The translations under genes and the position numbers were made by a program. From contig UYFQ01000001.1 in NCBI GenBank assembly GCA_900617105.1, forward strand, positions 1,302,001-1,366,000: a stretch of 64,000 nucleotides of DNA, in the 5' to 3' direction. The first letter of the stretch is position 1; every line of letters begins with the position of its first letter. Below the pieces are notes generated by a model that ran no database searches, was not told the origin of the DNA, and saw only the letters and a list, made by a program, of their open reading frames with translations. Positions 21,878 through 32,734 of the stretch are shown piece after piece. This DNA comes from Hydrurus foetidus. Taxonomy: Eukaryota.

Positions 21878-21919
21878 GCGCTTATATAGTTACACCAAAT
21901 AACTGTATAAGCGCTTTTT
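21878..21919 (+). terminator. Intrinsic terminator-like hairpin between convergent tyrB and mltG
   Basis: GCGCTTATATAGTTA-N7-TAACTGTATAAGCGC followed by TTTTT. Confidence 0.6.
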
Positions 21920-21965
21920 CATTGGAGATGCCCATACCGTATGGGCAGCGGCAGGTTGCCGGCCA

Positions 21966-22973
21966 TCAGTTGCCACCCATCTTGCCTCGAATAAAGCGGT
22001 TCACCGCCTTGTTGTGCGCGTCCAAGTCGTCGCTGAACTGGCTGCTACCGTCGCCCCGCGCCACAAAGTACAGCGCTTTGCTGTCTGCAGGTTGCACGGC
22101 AGCCAGCAAGGCGGCTTTGCCGGGCATGGCTATCGGGGTGGGGGGCAAACCCGCGCGGGTGTAGGTGTTCCAGGGGGTGTCGGTTTGCAAATCACGTTTG
22201 CGCAGGTTGCCATCGAACTGGGTGCCCAGGCCGTAGATGACGGTGGGGTCGGTTTGCAGCAGCATCCCGATGCGCAGGCGGTTGTGGAAGACGGAGGAGA
22301 TCATCGCTCGGTCGCTGGCCCGGCCGGTTTCTTTTTCGACAATGCTGGCCAGCGTCAGCACCTGTTCGGGGCTGGTCAGGGTGACACCGGGGGCGCGTAA
22401 GTTCCAGGCTGCTGCCAGTTTGCTGTCCATCGCTTTCATGGCGCGGCGCAGCACGTCCAGATCGCTGCTGCCTTTGGCGTAGGTGTAGGTGTCGGGGAAA
22501 AACCGGCCTTCGGCGGGGATGTCGGGATGACCCAGGCGAAACATGATGTCGTCGTTGCTCAGAGCTTCTGTGTCGTGCCGAATGAAGGCTTCGCGCTGCA
22601 AGGCTTCGCGCACTTGGCGGAAGTTCCAGCCTTCCACCAGCACCAGCGAGCGCAGGGTTTCCTCGCCGCGTGTCAGCTTCAGCAGCAGGCTGCGGGGGGT
22701 TTCGCCACTCACTATTTCATAGCTTCCTGCCTTTATTTGACGTGCTGTACCGGCTGCTTTGAACCACCACAGTAACCACATTGGGTTCACGTCCACCCCG
22801 GCATCGGCCACCGCCTTTGCCACGCCGCGCGGTGAGGTGCCCAGCTCAATGGACAAATCCAGCACCGGGGCACGCAAAGACAGCGGCTGGTGCAGCCACC
22901 ATGCTGCTGCAGCGCCCGCCACAACAGCGGCAAAAATCAAGGTGGAGAAGAGTCTGAGGAGGGTGCGGAGCAT
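21966..22973 (-). CDS. mltG: Endolytic transglycosylase MltG
   Basis: EGRFFPDTY, ASIVEKET, LQTDPTVIYG, GLPPTPIAMPG. Confidence 0.95.
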   Translation of the reverse strand: MLRTLLRLFSTLIFAAVVAGAAAAWWLHQPLSLRAPVLDLSIELGTSPRGVAKAVADAGVDVNPMWLLWWFKAAGTARQIKAGSYEIVSGETPRSLLLKLTRGEETLRSLVLVEGWNFRQVREALQREAFIRHDTEALSNDDIMFRLGHPDIPAEGRFFPDTYTYAKGSSDLDVLRRAMKAMDSKLAAAWNLRAPGVTLTSPEQVLTLASIVEKETGRASDRAMISSVFHNRLRIGMLLQTDPTVIYGLGTQFDGNLRKRDLQTDTPWNTYTRAGLPPTPIAMPGKAALLAAVQPADSKALYFVARGDGSSQFSDDLDAHNKAVNRFIRGKMGGN

Positions 22974-22996
22974 GGGCGGCGATGATAATCCACCCT

Positions 22997-23953
22997 ATGA
23001 CCACCCCTACCTCTCCCACCTCTGAAGCATCCCTGTTACTTCACGGCTTGGCCCCTCTTCCTCACTTGAGCGTGATTCGCGCCGAGGGTGCGGACGCTGC
23101 CAGCTTTCTGCACAACCAGTTAACCCAAGATTTCGCGCTCTTGGGTTTGAGCGATGCCCGCCTTTGTGCGCTGTGTACAGCCAAGGGCCGGATGCTGGCC
23201 AGCTTCATCGGCTTCAAGCGCAGCCCAACCGACATCTTGCTGGTGTGCAGCCAAGACATTTTGGCGGCCACATTGAAGCGTTTGTCCATGTTCGTGATGC
23301 GTGCCAAAGTCAAGCTGAGCGATGCCACGGCAGATTTTCAGGTCGTGGGCTTGATTGGGGATGCTCTTTATTCCATAGCGTCTGTAGTTGGTGCAGCATG
23401 GTCAAAGCAGGATATTGAAGAGGCAACCCTGGTCAATCTCTACCCCGCCAACGGCCAGCGGCGTGCTTTGTGGATCGCCCCCACGGGAACACCGTTGCCC
23501 CATGCCGCCAACCTCAACACGCCTCTCACAGCGGCCCAATGGCAGTGGACGGAGGTGCAAAGCGGTGTCGCCACCCTCACCCAGCCCATCGTCGAAGCCT
23601 TTGTGCCGCAAATGCTGAATTACGAATCGGTAGGCGGTGTGAGCTTCAAAAAAGGCTGCTACCCCGGTCAAGAAATCGTCGCCCGCAGCCAGTTTCGCGG
23701 CACGCTCAAGCGCCGGGCTTACCTCGTTCATGCCGATGTGGCGATGCATGCGGGCCAAGAAGTCTTCACCCCCAGCGATGCCGAGCAGCCCTGCGGCTTG
23801 GTCGTCCAAGCGGCGGTGGCACCTGACGGCCGCTGGTCTGCGCTGGTTTCCGTGCAAACCGCCAGCATTGAAGGCGGGTTGCGGCTGGCCTGTGCAGACG
23901 GTGCGACGCTGGCCGTGCTGCCTCTGCCCTACGCGCTGCTTGAAGACATTTAA
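22997..23953 (+). CDS. ygfZ: Folate-binding Fe-S repair protein YgfZ
   Basis: KGCYPGQEIVAR motif. Confidence 0.93.
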   Translation: MTTPTSPTSEASLLLHGLAPLPHLSVIRAEGADAASFLHNQLTQDFALLGLSDARLCALCTAKGRMLASFIGFKRSPTDILLVCSQDILAATLKRLSMFVMRAKVKLSDATADFQVVGLIGDALYSIASVVGAAWSKQDIEEATLVNLYPANGQRRALWIAPTGTPLPHAANLNTPLTAAQWQWTEVQSGVATLTQPIVEAFVPQMLNYESVGGVSFKKGCYPGQEIVARSQFRGTLKRRAYLVHADVAMHAGQEVFTPSDAEQPCGLVVQAAVAPDGRWSALVSVQTASIEGGLRLACADGATLAVLPLPYALLEDI

Positions 23954-23980
23954 CCCCCTCCTTTTCTCTTCAAAATCCCT

Positions 23981-25549
23981 GTGAACTCCGTCCTCCAAAC
24001 CCGTCGCAGCGGCGTCTTGCTGCACCTAACCTCCCTACCCGGCCCTCATGGCAGTGGTGATTTTGGGCCAGCGGCGTACCATTTCATTGACTGGCTGCAT
24101 GGCGCTGGTCAAACCCTGTGGCAGGTGCTACCGCTCAACCCGATTGGCCCCGGCAACTCGCCCTACGCTGGGGTATCCGCCTTTGCTGGCAACCCGCTGC
24201 TGATCGCCTTAGAACCCTTGATCGAGCGTGGCTGGCTCAGCGCACCTGATGTCGCCACCTTGGCCAAATTCGATGCCCTGCGCGTGGATTACGGCCAAAC
24301 CATCCCTTGGCGAATGCAGCAACTGCGGGCTGCGTGGAAAGGCTTCAGCCAGTTCGCCTCCGCCGAAGACAGCAACGCCTTGCGCACCTACGCCGCCGAG
24401 CAAGCCGCATGGTTGGACGACTACGCCCTCTTCATGGCGCTCGACCACGCCTTCAACCCGCCCGGCGTTGCGCCCGAAGACTGGCGTGCTTGGTGCGACT
24501 GGACGGACATGGACGGTGGCCTCGCCAAGCGCACCCCCGCCGCCCTGGCCGAAGCCCGCATCCAATACGCCGATGCCATCGCCTTTTGGCAATTCACGCA
24601 ATGGTGTTTCGAGACCCAGTGGCAGGCGCTGCGGGCCTACGGCAAAGCACGTGGCGTGCATACCGTGGGCGACTTGCCGATTTTTATCGCTCACCACAGC
24701 GCCGATTGCTGGGCTCGGCCAGACCTGTATTGGTTAGACGACAGCGGCCAGCCCACGGTAGTGGCCGGTGTGCCGCCCGACTTCTTTTCTGCCACCGGCC
24801 AACGCTGGGGCAACCCGCTGTACCGCTGGGATGTTTTCGAGGCCGAGGGTTTCGCGTGGTGGATTGCCCGCGTCAAGCGCCAACTGGCTTTGGCCGACGT
24901 GGTGCGCATCGACCACTTCCGGGGCTTCGCCGCCTACTGGGAGATCCCCGCCAGCTGCCCCACAGCGATGGACGGCCAGTGGGTCACAGCGCCGGGTCAT
25001 GCCTTGTTCAGCGCCATCCAGGCCGCTTTACAGCCTGCCCTACAGACCAATGCCAAAGCTGTGAACACCGCGCTACCGATCATTGCCGAAGACTTAGGCG
25101 TCATCACCCCCGACGTAGAAGCCCTGCGCGATGCCTTTGCCTACCCTGGGATGCGCATCTTGCAGTTCGGCTTTGGTGACACCCCGTCCAACGCCTTTTT
25201 GCCCCACAACTACATCCCCAACACCGTGGCCTACACCGGCACCCACGACAACGACACCGCACGCGGCTGGTGGGCCACCGCCAAGGAACACGAGCGGGCT
25301 ACCGCACAAAACTACCTCAACTGCACCGAACCCCAAGCCCACCACGGCATGACCCGCGCCATCATGGCCTCGGTCGCCAACACCGTGATCGTGCCCCTGC
25401 AAGACGTGCTGGGCATGGACGGCACCCACCGCATGAACACGCCAGGGCTGATGGGCGCGTGGGAATGGCGATTTGTATGGGAAAGCGTGGGGAGTGAGCC
25501 GGGTGCGCAGCTCAGGGCGTTGAGTGGGGCGTTTGGGCGGATGGGGTAA
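23981..25549 (+). CDS. malQ: 4-alpha-glucanotransferase (amylomaltase)
   Basis: GVPPDFFSATGQRWGNPLY, RIDHFRGF, AEDLG, YTGTHDNDT. Confidence 0.95.
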   Translation: MNSVLQTRRSGVLLHLTSLPGPHGSGDFGPAAYHFIDWLHGAGQTLWQVLPLNPIGPGNSPYAGVSAFAGNPLLIALEPLIERGWLSAPDVATLAKFDALRVDYGQTIPWRMQQLRAAWKGFSQFASAEDSNALRTYAAEQAAWLDDYALFMALDHAFNPPGVAPEDWRAWCDWTDMDGGLAKRTPAALAEARIQYADAIAFWQFTQWCFETQWQALRAYGKARGVHTVGDLPIFIAHHSADCWARPDLYWLDDSGQPTVVAGVPPDFFSATGQRWGNPLYRWDVFEAEGFAWWIARVKRQLALADVVRIDHFRGFAAYWEIPASCPTAMDGQWVTAPGHALFSAIQAALQPALQTNAKAVNTALPIIAEDLGVITPDVEALRDAFAYPGMRILQFGFGDTPSNAFLPHNYIPNTVAYTGTHDNDTARGWWATAKEHERATAQNYLNCTEPQAHHGMTRAIMASVANTVIVPLQDVLGMDGTHRMNTPGLMGAWEWRFVWESVGSEPGAQLRALSGAFGRMG

Positions 25550-27857
25550 GTGAGTTGGGCGTAGCCCGCAACTTCCCCCTGTATGCCGCTGGCACATCCC
25601 CCTTCACCAGCTCCTTGTCCGTCACCAGCGCCAAGTCATACGCCTGCTGGAACGCGGTCAGTGCCTTAGCTTCGTCGCGCAGGGGGTTTTGCTCTTCGGT
25701 GTAGAGCAGGCCGGTTTTGACCCAGCCGTCTACCGCCGTGGCAGGCCAGTCGCGGCTGCGCAAGGCGAGGCCTTGGAGGGCCAGTGCCCAGTTTTTGTGT
25801 TCCAGACCCAGCGCGTAAGCGGCGTTGACGAGGTCGGAGTCGTACACACCTTCGGTCAGTGAGCGCTGGGTCAAGGCCAGGGCTTCGGGGGTGCGGCCTG
25901 TGCGGCTCAGCAAAATCACTTCAAGCGAACGCACCGAGGGGGCGTTGGGTTGCAGGCGTTTGCAGCGCTCCAGGAATCCAAAGGCTTTGTCGAACCGGCC
26001 GCTTTGCGAATAGCCTCGGGCGATGTTGGACATGATGGCCACCACGTAGGGGCGTGAGGTGGTGACGGATTCCCAAATCCATACGGCGTTCGCCCAGTCG
26101 CCCCACTTTGCCACCTCGTCCGCCACCATCGGCGTGAGTTTGCGGTAGTGCGGGGTGATGGCGATGCCTTCGCGCAGCAACTGGAACATCTGCGCTTTGG
26201 TGTCCTTCCAACGCGGGCTGTGGACTTGGTTCGAGGCCGATACCGTCAGCGCCAGCTTCACGGCGTTGACGATTTTGTTTTCAGCCTCGGCTGCCTGCTG
26301 GCTGATGTAGAGGCACAGCGCCAGACAAGCGGCGCTCACGCCAAGCAGGGCTTGGGAGCGGCCCGGCGACCACGGCAGAGCACGGGCGAGCAGGTGTTTT
26401 TCCAGGGCATCGTCAGGTTTTTCTTGGGCCTGTGGATTTTGGGCTCGTACCAAGCGCGCATCAGAGGCCGCTAGCAAACCCAGGCACACGGCAAACAATG
26501 CCCCCGTCGCCGCCAATCGCCAAGGGAAACCGGCATTGCTGACAATCAAAAACAAGAGCAAACTTGTCAATATCAACATGCGGTAAGGCGCTTCTGAGAG
26601 GTCTTCTGGCGTGGTGGCACGCAATGTCTTCCAGGCCGCCGCGCTCAGGTAGCTGAGCAGCACCAGCAAAAAGCCCCAGCCCACCAGCCCGTATTCGGCC
26701 AACAGTTGCAGCACCTCGTTGTGGACGTAGTAATCGGTCTCTAGCTGCGAGCCTGCGTTTTGGTACCAGGGGATTTGCACCTCCCACGCACCGGCCCCCA
26801 CGCCTGCGATGGGGTTGGCGGCGATCATCCGGCCAGTGGCCGTCCACATCACCCAACGCAGTGAGAACGAGCGCTCGGTGTACTCGCGCTTGTCCGTCAT
26901 CGACACGGCGCGGGCGAAGCTGCGGGCGATGGGGGTCAAACCCCGGCCTTCGACGCGGTGCTCTTCGATCAACGCGGCATTGCCGGTACCCAAGCTGCCT
27001 AAACCGATGACGGTGGCGATCAACACCCCGGCGGCGATGGCGCGGTGCAGCTTGCTCCACGGCGCACCAAAACCATTAATCACAGCCCGTTCGTTGGGCT
27101 TAAGCGCGGCCAGTCGGCGGCGGTACAGCAGCGCCATCGCCGGGAGCAGCAGCACCAGCGCGGCCAGGGCGATCAGTGCAGAGCGCGTCCCCGTCATCAG
27201 CATGGCGACCAGATTAAAACCGGTGGTGAAACTCATCAGCACGATAAAGGCGCTGGCCCTGGCACGCAGCAACAACCAGACCGAGAACGGCAAGGTGCAA
27301 ACCAAGAACTCTGTAAAAAAGTTGCGGTTGACAAAGGTAGATGCTGGGTTTGGCCCTTGCGGGAAGGCTTTGAAATCCACCCAGAATTGCAGCGCCGTCC
27401 ACAGTGCCGCAATCAGCGCGCCGGTGTGGATGCCCCAAGCCAGCGTTGAAAATCGCTCACGGCTGAAGCTGTTCAGCCCCAGCCAGACGATCACGCTGAA
27501 AACGAACCAGCGGATGGCTTCCACCCCGCCCAAAAAAGCGTGTGACCAGACCATGCTGCCCAGCGCATAGGCCATCAATGCCAGCGGCAGCCAGACGATG
27601 CCATGCCACCGCAGCGGCGTGGTGCGGCCCCGCTCGCGCCAAAAAAACACCAGCAATGCCGACAGTGCCAACACGCTGACGACGATGGATTTCAGCGTGT
27701 CTTGCAGCAGCAACTCGTCCGGCGAGCCAACAGCAGGCGCGAGGAACATCATCAGCGCCAACAGCACCGCCGTCCAGTCGCCAGCGCCCACTTCAGCAGG
27801 CAGCAGGCGTGGCGCTTGTCCTTGCGCTGTAACTAACACCCTCTTCTTCTTGCTCAT
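25512..27857 (-). CDS. O-antigen ligase (Wzy_C) family membrane protein with C-terminal TPR-like region
   Basis: Many TM segments, STFVNRNFF, TGTRSA, GVGAG, HNEVLQLLAEYGLVG. Confidence 0.8.
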   Translation of the reverse strand: MSKKKRVLVTAQGQAPRLLPAEVGAGDWTAVLLALMMFLAPAVGSPDELLLQDTLKSIVVSVLALSALLVFFWRERGRTTPLRWHGIVWLPLALMAYALGSMVWSHAFLGGVEAIRWFVFSVIVWLGLNSFSRERFSTLAWGIHTGALIAALWTALQFWVDFKAFPQGPNPASTFVNRNFFTEFLVCTLPFSVWLLLRARASAFIVLMSFTTGFNLVAMLMTGTRSALIALAALVLLLPAMALLYRRRLAALKPNERAVINGFGAPWSKLHRAIAAGVLIATVIGLGSLGTGNAALIEEHRVEGRGLTPIARSFARAVSMTDKREYTERSFSLRWVMWTATGRMIAANPIAGVGAGAWEVQIPWYQNAGSQLETDYYVHNEVLQLLAEYGLVGWGFLLVLLSYLSAAAWKTLRATTPEDLSEAPYRMLILTSLLLFLIVSNAGFPWRLAATGALFAVCLGLLAASDARLVRAQNPQAQEKPDDALEKHLLARALPWSPGRSQALLGVSAACLALCLYISQQAAEAENKIVNAVKLALTVSASNQVHSPRWKDTKAQMFQLLREGIAITPHYRKLTPMVADEVAKWGDWANAVWIWESVTTSRPYVVAIMSNIARGYSQSGRFDKAFGFLERCKRLQPNAPSVRSLEVILLSRTGRTPEALALTQRSLTEGVYDSDLVNAAYALGLEHKNWALALQGLALRSRDWPATAVDGWVKTGLLYTEEQNPLRDEAKALTAFQQAYDLALVTDKELVKGDVPAAYRGKLRATPNSLTPSAQTPHSTP

Positions 27858-28732
27858 GCCTCCAACCGCACAAACATCTCTTGGTGCGGTATTCCCGCCT
27901 CTTCAAACACCACCCCACGCGACGTAAAGCCAAGCCGAGCATAAAACCCCTGAGCGCTGGTCTGCGCGTGCAGCAGCACCTCGGTGTCGCCTCGTGCTTT
28001 GGCCTGTGCCATCAGTGCAGCCAAGATATCGCGCCCCACGCTGGAGCCACGCAGCACTTTGTTCACGGCCATGCGGCCAACTCGCCCGATGCCCGGCGCG
28101 TGCGCCAGCAACCTGCCTGTACCAAGCGCCATGCCCAAACGGTTGTAAGCAACGGCGTGGACGGCGCTGTGGTCAGCTTCATCCCATTCCATCTCTTTGG
28201 GGATGCCCTGCTCTTCGATGAACACCTGCGCACGCACACGGCCAGCATCCTCACCCAATTCGCCCCACGCTCCCGTTTTGATAGCTATCGACGCTTTTCC
28301 TTCCTCGTAACCCATGAATAATTCACGTAAAGCAGGTGGTACGGGCAGAGAGATTTTCTTCACCGGATCGGCAAAAACGTAGATCAACTCGCCACTGACC
28401 AGCAACTTGTCGCCGCTGAAAATGCCGCCCACAAACTGGAATGACGAGGTACCTATGCGTGCGCACCGCAGCCCCACGTCGATCATCTCGTCGCAGGTGG
28501 CCGAAGCGTGGTATTCCAGCGTTGATTTTTTAACAAAAATGTCGCCACCCTGGGTGTGCATCGCGTCCATGTAGGGAAAGGCCAGCGCTCGCCAGTACTC
28601 GCCCATCGCGGTATCGAGGTACATCAGGTAATGGCCGTTGAAGACGATTTTTTGTGCATCCACCTCGGCCCAGCGCACGCGCAGGCGGTGAATCAGTCGG
28701 AAGTCTTGTCGTTTCATGGGGATGTTGGTCAT
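27854..28732 (-). CDS. YbgC/FadM-family thioesterase fused to a GNAT acetyltransferase
   Basis: VRWAEVDAQKIVFNGHY at the N-terminus; GRMAV...LHAQTSAQGFY...EAGIPH at the C-terminus. Confidence 0.88.
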   Translation of the reverse strand: MTNIPMKRQDFRLIHRLRVRWAEVDAQKIVFNGHYLMYLDTAMGEYWRALAFPYMDAMHTQGGDIFVKKSTLEYHASATCDEMIDVGLRCARIGTSSFQFVGGIFSGDKLLVSGELIYVFADPVKKISLPVPPALRELFMGYEEGKASIAIKTGAWGELGEDAGRVRAQVFIEEQGIPKEMEWDEADHSAVHAVAYNRLGMALGTGRLLAHAPGIGRVGRMAVNKVLRGSSVGRDILAALMAQAKARGDTEVLLHAQTSAQGFYARLGFTSRGVVFEEAGIPHQEMFVRLEA

Positions 28733-28735
28733 GGT

Positions 28736-29680
28736 TCAAAGAGCAAAAGCTTGTTTCAACGCGGCTGCCGCATGGGCATGGGCTATTTTGGCTTCAGGGA
28801 TGGCGCGGCCCATTTTGATGAATTCATGCACCACGCCCCGGTAGATTTCCAAGTCAACCGGCACGCCCGCAGCCCGCAGGGCATCGCCGTACTGCACGCC
28901 TTCGTCCACCAGCGGGTCGCATTCGGCCAAGCCGATCCAGGCGGGGGCCAAATCGGCAAAGTCAGCTGCCAGCAAGGGGGCAAAGCGCCAGTCTTCACGG
29001 TCTGCGGGGGTTCGCACGTAATGGTTGAAAAACCAGGTGATGGCGGGCTCGTCCAACACAAAACCTTTGGCAAAGCGCTGGTGCGAAGGGGTGTCTTGGT
29101 GGGCCGCCATGCCGGGGTAAAACAGCAGTTGCAGCACCAGCTTGAGGCCTGCAGCGCGTGCACGCATCGCGCACTGCACGGCCAAGGTGCCTCCGGCGCT
29201 GTCGCCACCCACGGCGATACGGGCGGCATCAATTCCTAAATCTATAGCATTCGACACAATCCAGACAAGCGCATCCCAGGTATCTTCGGCTGCGGTGGGG
29301 AATTTATGCTCAGGTGCCAAGCGGTAATCCAGCGCGATGACGGCGGCACCGCTCAAGCGGCTCAGCTCGCGGCACAGGATGTCGTGGGTGTTGAGGTTGC
29401 CCACGGTGAAACCACCGCCGTGGAAGTAAATCAGCAGGGGTAAACTGACATGAGCAACACCAGCATCCCCAGCCTCTTTGGCCACCGGGGCGTACAACCG
29501 GGCAGGCAGTGCGTGAGCATCGCGGGCGGGGATGGTGAAGTCTTCCACACGGGCCAGCTCAGCTTTGGGCAGCTCCAGCACCTCGGCCCCCAGTGCATAA
29601 GCGGCTTTGGCTTGGCGGGGCGACACGGTGTGCAAGGGCGGATGACCGGCGCGGGCCATGCGTTCAAGCACGCCACGCAT
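28736..29680 (-). CDS. HSL-family alpha/beta hydrolase (esterase)
   Basis: HGGGF, YRLAPEHKFP, GDSAGG; start approximate. Confidence 0.9.
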   Translation of the reverse strand: MRGVLERMARAGHPPLHTVSPRQAKAAYALGAEVLELPKAELARVEDFTIPARDAHALPARLYAPVAKEAGDAGVAHVSLPLLIYFHGGGFTVGNLNTHDILCRELSRLSGAAVIALDYRLAPEHKFPTAAEDTWDALVWIVSNAIDLGIDAARIAVGGDSAGGTLAVQCAMRARAAGLKLVLQLLFYPGMAAHQDTPSHQRFAKGFVLDEPAITWFFNHYVRTPADREDWRFAPLLAADFADLAPAWIGLAECDPLVDEGVQYGDALRAAGVPVDLEIYRGVVHEFIKMGRAIPEAKIAHAHAAAALKQAFAL

Positions 29681-29842
29681 AGCAGGGGTCAACAGGGAAA
29701 CGGGTGGGGGCAGGCTCAAAAAGGTCTCCAAAACAAGCACGCAACAGTCTGCAAAGGGCACAAACTTGGGAAGGCTGGTATCGTAACGTGTTGCTTTCCC
29801 CGCAGCACCCCACCCTATACACAAAGAGACACGCGACGCACC

Positions 29843-30979
29843 ATGGCTTTTATCTATTACGTTACCCACATCCATTTTGAATTTGGCGCGGTGCAGATGC
29901 TCAAGGCCGAATGCCAGCGCGTGGGTATCACCCGCCCTTTGGTCGTCACCGATGCGGGTGTTAAAGCCGCAGGCGTGCTGCAAAAGGCGTTGGATCAACT
30001 GGGCGGCTTGGCGGTGGCGGTGTTTGACCAAACGCCCTCCAACCCCACCGAAGCTGCTGTTCGCGCCGCGGCCAAAGCCTACAAAGACAACGCCTGCGAT
30101 GGCCTGATCGCCGTGGGTGGCGGCAGCGCCATCGACTGCGCCAAGGGGGTCGCCATAGCCGCAACGCATGAAGGCCCGCTCACACGCTACGCCACCATTG
30201 AAGGCGGCTCAGCCCTCATCACCGAACGCGCGGCCCCGCTGATCGCCGTGCCCACCACCAGCGGCACCGGCTCTGAGGTGGCACGCGGTGCCATCATCAT
30301 CGTGGACGACCACCGCAAGCTGGGCTTTCACTCATGGCACCTAGTCCCTAAAAGCGCCATCTGCGACCCTGAATTGACGCTGGGCCTGCCCCCCATGCTG
30401 ACCGCTGCTACGGGTATGGACGCCATCGCCCACTGCATGGAAACCTTCATGGCCCCCGCCTTCAACCCACCCGCTGACGGTATCGCCCTGGAAGGCTTGC
30501 GGCGCGGCTGGGGTGCCATTGAGCGTGCCACCAAAGATGGCAGTGACCGCGAAGCCCGTCTGAACCTGATGAGCGCCAGCATGCAAGGCGCGATGGCCTT
30601 CCAAAAAGGCTTGGGCTGCGTGCATTCCCTGAGCCACAGCCTGGGCGGCGTGAACCCACGCCTGCACCACGGCACCTTGAACGCCATGTTTTTGCCTGCC
30701 GTGGTGCGCTTCAATGCCGAGGTGGAATCACTGCAAAAAGAAGAGCGCCTCCAGCGCATGGCACATGCGATGGGGCTGGATTCAGGCGGTGATGTGGCCG
30801 AGGCGCTGACCGACATGAACGCCCGGTTGGGCTTGCCCAGCGGGCTGGCAGCGATGGGGGTGGAACGGGGTCAGTTTGCGCAGATCATTCAAGGTGCGCT
30901 GGCCGACCACTGCCACAAGACGAACCCGAGATTGGCGAGTGTGGCGGACTATGAGGGAATGCTGGGGAGTGCGATGTGA
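29843..30979 (+). CDS. Iron-containing alcohol dehydrogenase
   Basis: GGGSAID, PTTSGTGSE, GMDAIAHCME, HSLSH. Confidence 0.92.
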   Translation: MAFIYYVTHIHFEFGAVQMLKAECQRVGITRPLVVTDAGVKAAGVLQKALDQLGGLAVAVFDQTPSNPTEAAVRAAAKAYKDNACDGLIAVGGGSAIDCAKGVAIAATHEGPLTRYATIEGGSALITERAAPLIAVPTTSGTGSEVARGAIIIVDDHRKLGFHSWHLVPKSAICDPELTLGLPPMLTAATGMDAIAHCMETFMAPAFNPPADGIALEGLRRGWGAIERATKDGSDREARLNLMSASMQGAMAFQKGLGCVHSLSHSLGGVNPRLHHGTLNAMFLPAVVRFNAEVESLQKEERLQRMAHAMGLDSGGDVAEALTDMNARLGLPSGLAAMGVERGQFAQIIQGALADHCHKTNPRLASVADYEGMLGSAM

Positions 30980-31031
30980 GGCACCCATGTAAGGCGTAAG
31001 CCAGCAACCAGCGTCACCAGCGTCAGCTGTA

Positions 31032-32639
31032 TTACCGCGTCAATTTGAACGCCCCCACCATGCCCGTCAAATTACTGGCTTGGCTTTTTAGACTGTCCGC
31101 AGCGGCGGCACCTTCTTCCACCAAGGCTGTGTTTTGCTGCGTCACGCGATCAAGCTGAGCGACTGCGTGGCTCACGGTCGTAATGCTGTTGCTTTGATCT
31201 TGCGTGGTCATCGTGATTTCACCCATGATGGCGCAGACTTGTTGCACACCTGCCACCATCTCATCAATGGTTTTACCGGCTTTCTCAACTTGGGCACTGC
31301 CCAGTTGCACGCGCTCCACGCTGTCATTGATGAGTATTTTGATTTCCCGCGCTGCATTGGCGGCCCGCCCGGCCAAGCTGCGTACTTCGCCTGCCACCAC
31401 GGCAAAGCCACGCCCTTGTTCCCCTGCGCGTGCAGCCTCGACGGCGGCGTTGAGTGCCAAGATGTTGGTTTGAAATGAAATACCGTCAATCACTGCGGTG
31501 ATGTCGGCAATTTTGCGGGAACTGGTACTGATCTCATTCATGGTACTCACGACATGGGCGACCTGTTCACCGCCAAGGCTGGCCAAGTTAGAAGCCTGCG
31601 TCGCCACTTGGTTGGCCTGACGCACCGATACGGCACTGTTCTCTACCGTGTTACTGAGGGTGTTCAAGGTGCCCGCCACACCCTGTAGGTTGTTCGATGC
31701 CTGCTCCGTGCGGTTGCTCAAATCAAAATTGCCACTGGCTACTTCGGCGCTGTTGGCCGCGATCACGTCGGCAGTGCTGCTGATGTGACCGACCAATGTG
31801 CGTAACTTGTCTTGCATAGCCGCAATGGCTTCCAATAGGCGCCCTGTTTCATCATGAATAAAAACTTGAACTTGAGATGTCAAATCGCCATTCGCAATGC
31901 GCTCGGCCACCACCACTGCCCGACCAATGGGCAATGTGATACTCAAAGTAATTCGCCAAGCTATCAGCATACCCAACACCACCGACAGCATCACCAACCC
32001 TATGCTGATGGCGTTGGCACGGCTATAGGTGACTTCGGCCTCTTGCGTAGCAGCAGCGCTTTGCACGCTTTGCATATCTACCCATGCCGTCAATTTTTGA
32101 GCCCACAGTGCTTCACGTGGGGCCACTGATTTCATCATCGATGTGCTGGCACTGACAGAATCTCCATCGAGCGCAGCTTTCATGGCATCTTGTAGCAAAG
32201 GCAGGGTGGCTTTGCCCGCTGCCAAAGAAGAATCGAAAAATTGGCGCTCTTCACTGGAGGCAGCAGTATTTTTGAGAAGATCGGCAAGTACTGATTCTTG
32301 AAGTTCAATGTGCTTTTGTGTTTCTTGCGCTTTCAGTGCCACTACCTGCGCGGTTTTAATATCAATATCACCCAGCATAACGACTGAGCGTGCATGAATA
32401 CCCAAGGCATTCACACTGGCAAGTATGTCGTTCACCAAACGCATCTTGTGTGCTTGAGGGCCCGTCATTTCCTTCATTTCCCCATGCAGCACACCTGAAG
32501 ACCAACGCCCTAAGCCAGCGACGATCAACAGTAAAAACAATATGCAGGCGAAGCCTAAACCTAACCGCCAGGCAAGCGATTGCGATTGCGATTGCGATTG
32601 CGATTGCGATTGCGATTGCGATTTTTGATTCTGGAACAT
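31032..32639 (-). CDS. Methyl-accepting chemotaxis protein
   Basis: Two TM helices, [31 protein letters not shown]. Confidence 0.95.
   Translation of the reverse strand: MFQNQKSQSQSQSQSQSQSQSLAWRLGLGFACILFLLLIVAGLGRWSSGVLHGEMKEMTGPQAHKMRLVNDILASVNALGIHARSVVMLGDIDIKTAQVVALKAQETQKHIELQESVLADLLKNTAASSEERQFFDSSLAAGKATLPLLQDAMKAALDGDSVSASTSMMKSVAPREALWAQKLTAWVDMQSVQSAAATQEAEVTYSRANAISIGLVMLSVVLGMLIAWRITLSITLPIGRAVVVAERIANGDLTSQVQVFIHDETGRLLEAIAAMQDKLRTLVGHISSTADVIAANSAEVASGNFDLSNRTEQASNNLQGVAGTLNTLSNTVENSAVSVRQANQVATQASNLASLGGEQVAHVVSTMNEISTSSRKIADITAVIDGISFQTNILALNAAVEAARAGEQGRGFAVVAGEVRSLAGRAANAAREIKILINDSVERVQLGSAQVEKAGKTIDEMVAGVQQVCAIMGEITMTTQDQSNSITTVSHAVAQLDRVTQQNTALVEEGAAAADSLKSQASNLTGMVGAFKLTR
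32576..32623. repeat. Hexamer microsatellite (GCGATT)x8 encoding a Ser-Gln run at the MCP N-terminus
   Basis: Eight perfect copies counted. Confidence 0.95.
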
Positions 32640-32734
32640 ACAACTCCTACTTTTTTTACAGCACAGTGACGCATTCTTCACGCATCCCATAAAAAGTTAC
32701 ACCTCGAATCAAATGCCCTCAAAGAAAGCGAGGG

